DNA from: Octopus vulgaris
Lineage: Eukaryota
Direction: 5' to 3'
Length of the DNA: 64,000 nt
Assembly: GCA_951406725.2 (NCBI GenBank)
Contig: OX597832.1
Span: 65,782,001 to 65,846,000 of the forward strand
Shown in pieces: positions 55,220 to 64,000 of the stretch (within the stretch, counting starts at the first letter, position 1; the number at the start of each line of letters is the position of its first letter). The notes beneath the pieces were generated by a model that saw only the letters and a program-made list of their open reading frames with translations, ran no database searches and was not told the DNA's origin. The position numbers and the translations under genes are program-made.

Positions 55220-55587
55220 AATATTAGGGAATAAATCCAAATTTACAGGAAAAAAATCAGATTTAGGATTAAATCCAATTTTATAGTAAAATATTATAAA
55301 ATATATTAGAGACAAAACCACTATTTTGCAAAACAAACAAGGAAAGACTTAATCAATACATAAAATTTTAATAAATAGTCAAAAAAACCGCCACTACAAT
55401 TGTTTCTTGTCTTGATCGACAATCTTCAGGTGGACTTCATAATTTGAAACTGACTTATTGGAAGTCCACCTGAAGATTGTCGATCAAGACAAGAACAATT
55501 GTAGTGGCGTTTTTTGACTATAAAATTTTATGTATTGATAAGTCTTTCCTTGTTTGTTTTGCAAAATAGTGGTTTTGTCTCTAATAA

Positions 55588-55661
<74 letters not shown>

Positions 55662-55948
55662 TTATATTATATTTGAGACAAAACCACTATTATGCAAATC
55701 AAACAAAGAAAGACTTAAGCCAATACATAAAATAATTTATATAAATTAAAATTTAACAATTATAATTGTTAAATTTTAATTTATATAAATTATTTTATGT
55801 ATTGGCTTAAGTCTTTCTTTGTTTGATTTGCATAATAGTGGTTTTGGTCTCTAATATAATATAATATAATATTTTACTATAAAATTGGATTCAATCCTAA
55901 ATCTGATTTTTCTCTGTGAATTTGGATTTATTCCCTAATATTTATTAT

Positions 55949-55950
<2 letters not shown>
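55213..55950. repeat. Nested palindromic complex of related PLE-type termini
   Basis: 55301-55438 is inverted against 55461-55590. 55660-55860 is a near-perfect spacerless palindrome centred on AACAATTATAATTGTT. The outer 55213-55300 is inverted against 55865-55950. Confidence 0.9.
55391..55433 (-). ncRNA. Complete minimal type I hammerhead ribozyme
   Basis: Minus strand: CCAC-CTGAAGA-TTGTC-GATCAA-GACAA-GAAAC-AATT-GTA-GTGG. All core nucleotides are present, stems I and II are perfect, and stem III is the palindrome ACAATTGT. The mate on + at 55466-55507 lacks one A of GAAA. Confidence 0.88.
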
Positions 55951-56009
<59 letters not shown>

Positions 56010-56020
56010 GTATACATATG

Positions 56021-56067
<47 letters not shown>

Positions 56068-56100
56068 ATATATGCAGATACACATTCATATATATACACC

Positions 56101-56144
<44 letters not shown>

Positions 56145-57096
56145 TAAGTGGATAGATGCATAATGAATAAATGTATATCCACACACGTACACGCCGGTTC
56201 TCATATGCACACGAATTACAATTTCAAAAAGAATTTCTGCGTTTCGCCACGAGCACACATTAGATACCCTATGAAATATTTTATATAATCTAATAAACAG
56301 AACCACCTACAAACACAAGAAACTTCAAACCACTCTGGTGGAAAATAACGTCAGAAAAACTTAATGTTTTTTTTGGGGATGCGCGTGTTTTCATGTGTGC
56401 GTATGGTTTTTGTATGATTTGTGTATGCGTGTATGTACATTCGCTGCTTATGAACTTACATATACAAGTATTCATTCATAAGACCATATGTCTTATATGT
56501 TTAGTTTCTATATTACTTACGTTTGTATGAGTATTTATGTCTCTGCATATGTCTGTTGATTGATGTGTATGTAGCTCTCTGTGAGCGCACTCCTATGTGT
56601 GTATATGGGCGTATGTGTTCGTTTGTACAAGAAATATGAATATACTGATATGCTTCTCACAAGGATAGATTATTTTCTGCATATAAATGAAATATGGCGT
56701 CTGGTCTACAAATAAGGCAAAGCATCAAAATACATTCCATTTGAAATTTATTCCTGAGATGGTTTGATTATTTTCTTATTTTAGTTTTTCTAGATTTTTG
56801 AGTTATTTAATTTTAAGTAAAAATATATAAAATGAGTAATTTATTGAAATTCCACGCCACATGAAATATGTCAGAAATTTCCTGATAGTATTTGCACAGT
56901 TTTACTAAAAGTACTCCAAAGTACCTTAAAGCAGCAAGACACTGAAATTAGTTAACGTATGTGCAGACGTGCCTGTGTGGTAAGAAGTATACACATGCAT
57001 ATGCGTGTATGCGTGTATGCACATTTATATATATATTCGCCATTATTGATCGCTAGCCACTACACATTTATTTTCTATCCTTGTTTCTTTCTGTGT

Positions 57097-57136
57097 TCCT
57101 GTCTGTGGAAGAGCGTAGGCTCGAAACGTTTAAGAC
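57097..57136 (+). ncRNA. Minimal HHR-like motif, family E
   Basis: CTGTGGA-A-GAGC-GTAG-GCTC-GAAACGTT, within a PLE-type terminus at 57035-57230. Confidence 0.5.
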
Positions 57137-57229
57137 GTTTTCACTCCCCGATAGTTATACTAATACATCTGTTTGTTGTCTACAACACCTGTCTTCGTCT
57201 TTTATTTAGTTTTTTGTGAATTCTCCCTA

Positions 57230-57887
57230 TACATATATATACTAAATAAATAAAACATATGCATATATAAATACATATATGTACATACTTACATCTATAT
57301 GTATATATACATGCATATATATATATATATATATATGAGTACAGGACACCACAAATAAACGTAGAACACAACGAGAAACGAAAACATAAAATCAAACAAG
57401 GAAACGAACTTTTTTAACAACGGAAAAACAGAGTACAGGACAAACAATACAAGGAAAATTCCCACCTTCGAAACACGCATTGAGTCAAACCAGGTGCAGC
57501 TGATGAAGGGGAATTTTTCTTGTATTGTTTGTCCTGTACTCTATTTTTTCGTTGTTAAAAAAAGGACCTTTCCCTGTTTGATTTTATGTTTTCGTTTCTC
57601 GTTGTGTTCTACGTTTATTTGTGGTGTCCTGTACTCGTATATATATATATATATATACTACAAAATTAGAAAATGGAGAAACATACTTAAATCAATGAAA
57701 CATCAACTATCAGATGATACCCAATCAATACTTTATTACACCATTTTTGCTCATATAATACAATAGATGAACTGATTGTTTGGCAATTTTTAACATCTAT
57801 GTATTAGCCTTGTTGGGTACCTATCTAGCAGTATATTGGATATATGTTATCCCATGGTGGGTTGAATTTTCAACCCCTATCTCATTT

Positions 57888-57958
<71 letters not shown>

Positions 57959-58045
57959 ATATATATGCATGTATATATATATATATAGATGTAAGTATGT
58001 ACATATATGTATGCATATATGCATATATTTTATTTGTTTATTATA
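57230..58045. repeat. Fold-back element with nested insertion
   Basis: 57337-57470 is inverted against 57504-57637. The outer 57230-57330 is inverted against ~57960-58045. Confidence 0.85.
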
Positions 58046-58089
58046 TTGTTATTATATGACCGAACGCACGCGTTGTTTCTCTTCTCCAA

Positions 58090-58138
<49 letters not shown>

Positions 58139-58149
58139 CATCAATATAC

Positions 58150-58455
58150 ACTCTTACCATATAGTTTCTGGTTCAGTCCCACTGCGTAGTACCACATTAA
58201 GTGACTTCTGCAAGAGCAATGGGCCGACCGAAGCCTTGTGAATGAATATTATAGACGTAAACTGAGAGAAGCCTGTCGTAAATGTAAAAGTATCATTATG
58301 TTTGGGTGTGTTTTACATTTCTATCATAGAAATCGAGAGAATAGATGCCATGCTTAAAGAAATATAAATACAATTCGAGTGACTGAAGCACTTCAAAGCG
58401 GATACCACCCCCACAGCATGGCTGCAATCCAATGACTAAAACAAGCAAAAGATAA
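58150..58455 (+). mobile_element. SINE family 1 copy (degenerate)
   Basis: GGTTCAGTCCCACTGCGT, GGGCCGACCGAAGCCTTGTGA, and tail CAGCATGGCTGCAATCCAATGACTAAAAC. Confidence 0.75.
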
Positions 58456-60191
58456 ATATATCTGTATTATTTGTTAATTTATATTCCGTCATGTCAATTT
58501 CGATGTTAAAGAGAAACGCTATCAGTGGCATATCTACTTTTTCTGATATCAAATGTTAATGATGAACGATGGAAAAAAATGTCTTATGATTGCTAGATAT
58601 AGTAACCGAAATCTCCTCTTATCAAACGCTATCGTCTTCAATACAAGCAAAATGCATTACTGCCGGATGAAAGCATTAAGTATTGATGGTTAGAGTGCCT
58701 CTGCTCGCCGTCCACAGCAGACTCATATTTGTAAGTTGCTAAACTGTAGCAACAACAACAATACATTGGCGGTAATATAGCAGAAACGTTCAGAGCAGTG
58801 ATCATAATTAATTCGCGCACTATGATGGGGACATGTCACAATCTTCCTAATGTGTAATTGGCCTTGTTATGTCTAACAACTCTAATTAGCTTAATTGTAA
58901 TTTATTTGGTTTGCTCTAGACCAGTTTGTTATTTTATGGCGAATTTTCAATTCTCTATGATTTTTCGGTCCCTGAATAAATTCGGTTTATTTTCTCACAT
59001 AGAACAAAGTGATTAGGGATTCAGACTGGGCGACTGTTAGACTTCTCTATTCTGTAACGATCACGCATATATCAAGCGTTGCTAATTAGCCTAATTGCAA
59101 GTCATTAGGGTCTACTCTAGATGGTTTCGGTCATTTCTCATTAAATTACTTGAAATTTCAGTTTTGGAAACTCATAGTTATTCCCCTTTACAAATCTCTC
59201 ATGGTTTCCAACCGAATTGATTTACTGAGTTATGGTTACCAATGTAGATTATATTTGTAATTTTATAGATTACATATTAATCTCCTAGGAGTCGAACAAA
59301 TTTTTTTTCGTTTAACTTGAACTGATACGATTATTGTATGTAGAATGCCATATTATGAGGAATGAAGGAATTTCACAACATCAGAGCACGTTTCGATAGC
59401 CACGTGATATGACATCGTGTGGGAAATAATCTGGCTCTGCGATACCATGTTATCTGGTTCCACCTTAGTATATGTCAATTTAGTTATATATATTGTACCC
59501 AAGAACTGAACCGATCCAATCCTCTACCACCAAAAGTACATTGTTTGTCGGAGACTGTGAAAAGGCATCATGGATCCGATCTCACTATTATTGAAATTTA
59601 ACTCTTACTAGTCTCTCGATTAGTCACCATATCCTATTTTCAAGAACCTAATCACGCATTTGGAGATTATTCATTCAACTGCAACTCTGGTTCCAAATGC
59701 TACTAACCCCCGAGTTGCAAAACTTTTCACCAGCTCACCAACTTTGACAGTACACTCATTTTGAAGAATATACCGATATTCCTTTCAATTGGAACGCAGG
59801 AAAATTTCTTTCAAAAGGTAAGACCAAAGTCAACATCATATTCTGTAGATATCCTCATTTCCTGACTCAAAGGAAAACCCTCAATGTCAATACAATTCAT
59901 TATCCTGAACGTAGCGTGCATAGTGCAGAATTGCTTAAATCGCATAACAGCTGTTCAATGGCCACGAAATAATCACGCTTCAATTATATGCTGGCAAAAG
60001 AAGAGATCAACTAAAACTCACTTCATAACGTTACGGATGATAAACAAACTACCAAAGAACAAATAAAAAAATTCGCTATTCACGTAATGGGAAAGGATGT
60101 ATTCATAAACACGCCACCACAGACGTCTGGCCTGTTATTCGCCAAATTTGCATCTGAAATAGCTGGCTTCATTACAAGTGGCAATATTAAT

Positions 60192-60592
60192 AAGGAGGCA
60201 TAAGCTGACGGAATCGTTAGCACGCCGAACTACATGCTTAATGACGTTTCGTCCGTCTTTACGTTCTGAATTAAAAATGTCGATGTCAATCAAATAAATA
60301 CCAGCTGAATCCTGGGGTCGATGTGATCGACTTATCCCCTTCCTTGAACGTGTTGGCCTTGTGTCAGAATTTGAAACCAATTCTAATCAGGCGGCGAGCT
60401 GGCAGAATCGTTATCGTGCCGGCCAGCATGCTTCCGTTCGTCTTTAATTTCTGATTTTAAATCTTGCTTCAATCGACTTTGCCTTTAATCCTTTCCTTGG
60501 TTGTTAATATAAGTACCAACTGAGCAATGGAGTCGATGTAATCGACTTCCCCACTCCAAATTTGCTGGCCTTGTTCCAGAATTTAAAACCCA
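60192..60592 (+). mobile_element. Two tandem family-2 SINE copies
   Basis: Heads at ~60195 and ~60389, each ending in GGCCTTGT..CAGAATTT.AAACC. Confidence 0.75.
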
Positions 60593-61289
60593 AATGAATA
60601 AGCAGTTACACAGACATCCATGTTTTTTTCTCTGTGACTCTATAATATATATTCGTGTATATATGTGTGTGTGTTTATACATGATGCTCACTTCATTTTG
60701 ACAGACGATATCAATCTGAATCGATTTATATCATGCTGTACATCTGCATGCTGTCATATGGCAACACACTGCTCCATTTACATAGTTACAGAACTTTAAC
60801 AGACAGACAAGATGAACCAGGTGAATCGTGACCTCTGTATGCCAGTGGATTATCGAAAATTACTCTTTTATAACACATATACCTCTCTCTCTAAGAATCA
60901 GTAATTCCAATCTAATAAGAAAATTTGGAATCTGGCATGAATCTGTAACAACTGCAGTTCTGCCTTCTGGGTGATTTCTGTTAGACTTCTCGCAAATACA
61001 AAACAAACAAAAAACCCATCACGTAGCGGGCATTTTCACGAAGCATATCGGCACAGGACTGGATGCCGTTTGAGTTACAAGAGTTCCAAAATTTTTAACG
61101 AGTCTTGCTGATTGGTTCTGCAGGAAGTTCAAAGGTCAGGGTCCTCGCCATGCAGATTTTGTTGCCTATTCATATATACATACTTGCGAATATACATACA
61201 AGTATACATACATACACACAAATACATGCATACATAAATACATACATAGACATACATACAAATATGCATATATAAAATAAACAAGTCTG

Positions 61290-61413
61290 CACATACATAC
61301 ATACATACATACATACTTACATTCATACATACATACTTACATACATTCATACATACATACATACATACATACATACATACATACATACATACATACATAC
61401 ATACATACATACA
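61290..61413. repeat. (CATA)n microsatellite, one of dozens of (TA)n, (TG)n and (CATA)n tracts in the window
   Basis: Direct inspection. Confidence 0.95.
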
Positions 61414-62372
61414 TGGGATATGTAACACGTTGCCTAAATACCAATTTTGAGAAATAAGACTTCGCAAATTAAGAAAGGTGAAAGCTAATTCGAAGACTAT
61501 AGATCAAATCCATCACTGTAAAGAACTGTAAAACTTTCCAGAAGCTAATAATTCAGAGATATATATAAGTGTGTCTAGACATGCAACTATATGCAGGAGA
61601 ATACATACATAAAGCAATTCTAATCTGCACATACACACAACCAAATATACTTTGCTGATGTTGAAATTCCAACGAAGGAGTTTTTATGTAGGTTAGAAAC
61701 CGGTTCTTTCCCTATTGGCAAGAAATCTTGAAATAAACTGAATACTGACATAGACATATGTGGTCAGAAAGATGCAGGAGAAGACGAAGAGTATATCTTA
61801 GGAATATTGACTAGAAGTTTGAAAATGCTGTACCTAAAATATACATTCAGATTCATATTGTATTTGCAGCAACAGAGCAAGTTCCATTCTGCCTGGAGCA
61901 AAGTATTACTGAAATTGAATTCTTGGGAGGAGAACGCAAAATCAAAGATGTAAACGATTCTGATATGTGAGACAATAAATATCTGCAAACCTCCTTAAGT
62001 TTTTAAAGGATGATAAACAAAACAAGATGTTTTCATTCACGCAACCATACTATCAAGCAGGTAGCCTGTCAAAATTATTTTAAAGTTGAAAAAAGAAATA
62101 GAAAACGAACATACATACGTTATACATGCATCCACAATACTTGATATATCGGAGGGAGATGTATAATTTTGCCTAAGGAGATTCAACTAATGTAGCTACA
62201 TAAGCGTGTTATTAAATAGTTCATCGCTGCGTAAATCGCTAATATGATACGTTCTTCTGTTTGTTCACCTAATAGTAACTCTTTCCCTTTCTCTCACTCT
62301 CTCTACAAACTTTCTCACTCACTGTCTCCACTCACACATACCCCACCACACATATATACACATATATATATT

Positions 62373-62456
<84 letters not shown>

Positions 62457-62552
62457 CTATGTGTGTGTGTGTATACATATGTATATACATATATACATAT
62501 ACATGCATATACACATGCACACATACAGACTCATATATACACATATATACAC

Positions 62553-62616
<64 letters not shown>

Positions 62617-63885
62617 GTGTGTGTGTATACATATGTATATACATATATACATATACATGCATATACACATGCACACACACAGACACACACACACACATAT
62701 ATATATTTATAGATTACGTTTTAAAATATATCATTAGAGATGTTTGTTTTGATCGATTGGGTTGTTAGACAATAAGGGTCTGGGTTGCAATGTTTTTTAT
62801 TGCTAGAATATATCACCTCTAATCTCCACAACATGTCCATCCTGATGCTGCTGTGAAAGGGTTACTAACATTTCGAAGTGATTGTCTTTCTGATTGTTTT
62901 TCTGTGTAAAATACTCTGAGTAGAGGGTACATAAATGTTTCGCAAGAGATTCGAAACCCTGCCGATCAAAGCGAATAGTTGCATAAATTAAATACATTTG
63001 CGTATATCATATATATATGCCCCGGAAATCAGTATTTGTGTCTTCGTAATAAATTATAGAGAAATTTTATCGCAACACTATCATACGTTCTGAGGAATAT
63101 ATATATATATATACGTCTACAAATTCTCTCAATGCTGAGTGCTTTATTGATATCTGCCAGGATTTGTAATCCCTTTTTTCGTTTATTATCATCATGGTTT
63201 TCGAGGCGGAGAGCTGGCAGAATGGTTAGAACGTCGGGCGAAATGCTTCACAGTATTTTGTCTAGCACTAAGCTCTGAATTCAAATTCCACCGATGTCGA
63301 CTTTTTTTCCATCCTTTCGGGGTCGATATATTAAGTATATATATTATTCTGAAAGGATGGAAAAAAATATATTATTCTGTATTTTACATGACGTACAATA
63401 TCTATGCGAAACACCTCATCGAATAAAAGTTACACGAGCAATTTATCTCCGCTTTACTCCGAACATGTACACCCTGCGATGGTCTCGATAATCTACCTTA
63501 TCTATCCAGCTTCAACGTATTCGCAAATTTAGCAATGGATTCCAACTTAACATGTCTCCATCTATCACCAGTAAACATCTGTTTATAAATACATGGCCGA
63601 CGAGCCTTACGCATGAAATGCTAATAACTTATTTCTCAATTTCGTTCGGTTAGATTGACTAAACGCATTGATATAATTGGGATAACCTCACGTACAACGT
63701 TTTTCATTCTTACCATTTGGGAATGGTACTCGACACCAGAAACAATTCGTAGATGTACGGTAATATTTATTTTGGAAAATTCCAATCTGGCACCATCTGT
63801 GTTATTGATCTCCATTCATTGTATTAACAATATCCTATTGCAGAATTTAATGTCTGACTGAATAATCTATAGGTTTTATTAGTGT

Positions 63886-63962
<77 letters not shown>

Positions 63963-64000
63963 ATATATATATATACACACACACATTTCTCTATTCAGTC

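Noticed and set aside
57455-57515. Apparent permuted (type II) hammerhead at the fold-back centre: CCTTC-GAAAC...GTC...CTGATGA-AGGGG
   Set aside because: Stems I and III do not pair convincingly, and the CCTTC arm would pair with the core GA. More likely a by-product of the inversion junction.
62455-62700. ~157-bp spaced direct duplication of TATACATATG...CACATGCACAC
   Set aside because: Real but low-complexity, and explained by slippage or unequal exchange within compound microsatellites.

Overview
AT-rich, microsatellite-saturated animal genomic DNA. The SINE families and the (TA)n/(CA)n/(ATT)n/(CTAT)n load are most consistent with an octopus or other coleoid cephalopod (inference). I found no intact host protein-coding gene; almost every ORF in the track is a microsatellite artefact. 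The window is made of transposon remains: Penelope-like elements (PLEs) with RT-thumb and GIY-YIG remnants, R4/Dong-type RLE LINE ends in (TAA)n, a CR1/L2-group LINE, Chapaev-3 and mariner transposase pseudogenes, and several tRNA-derived SINE families. The main unexplained signal is a dense set of about 25 minimal type I hammerhead-ribozyme (HHR) motifs or remnants, counted by eye, from more than ten unrelated sequence families. Many lie in short non-coding fold-back (inverted-repeat) elements in or next to microsatellites, and wherever polarity can be read both arms point outward. Coordinates were read by eye and may be off by a few bases.
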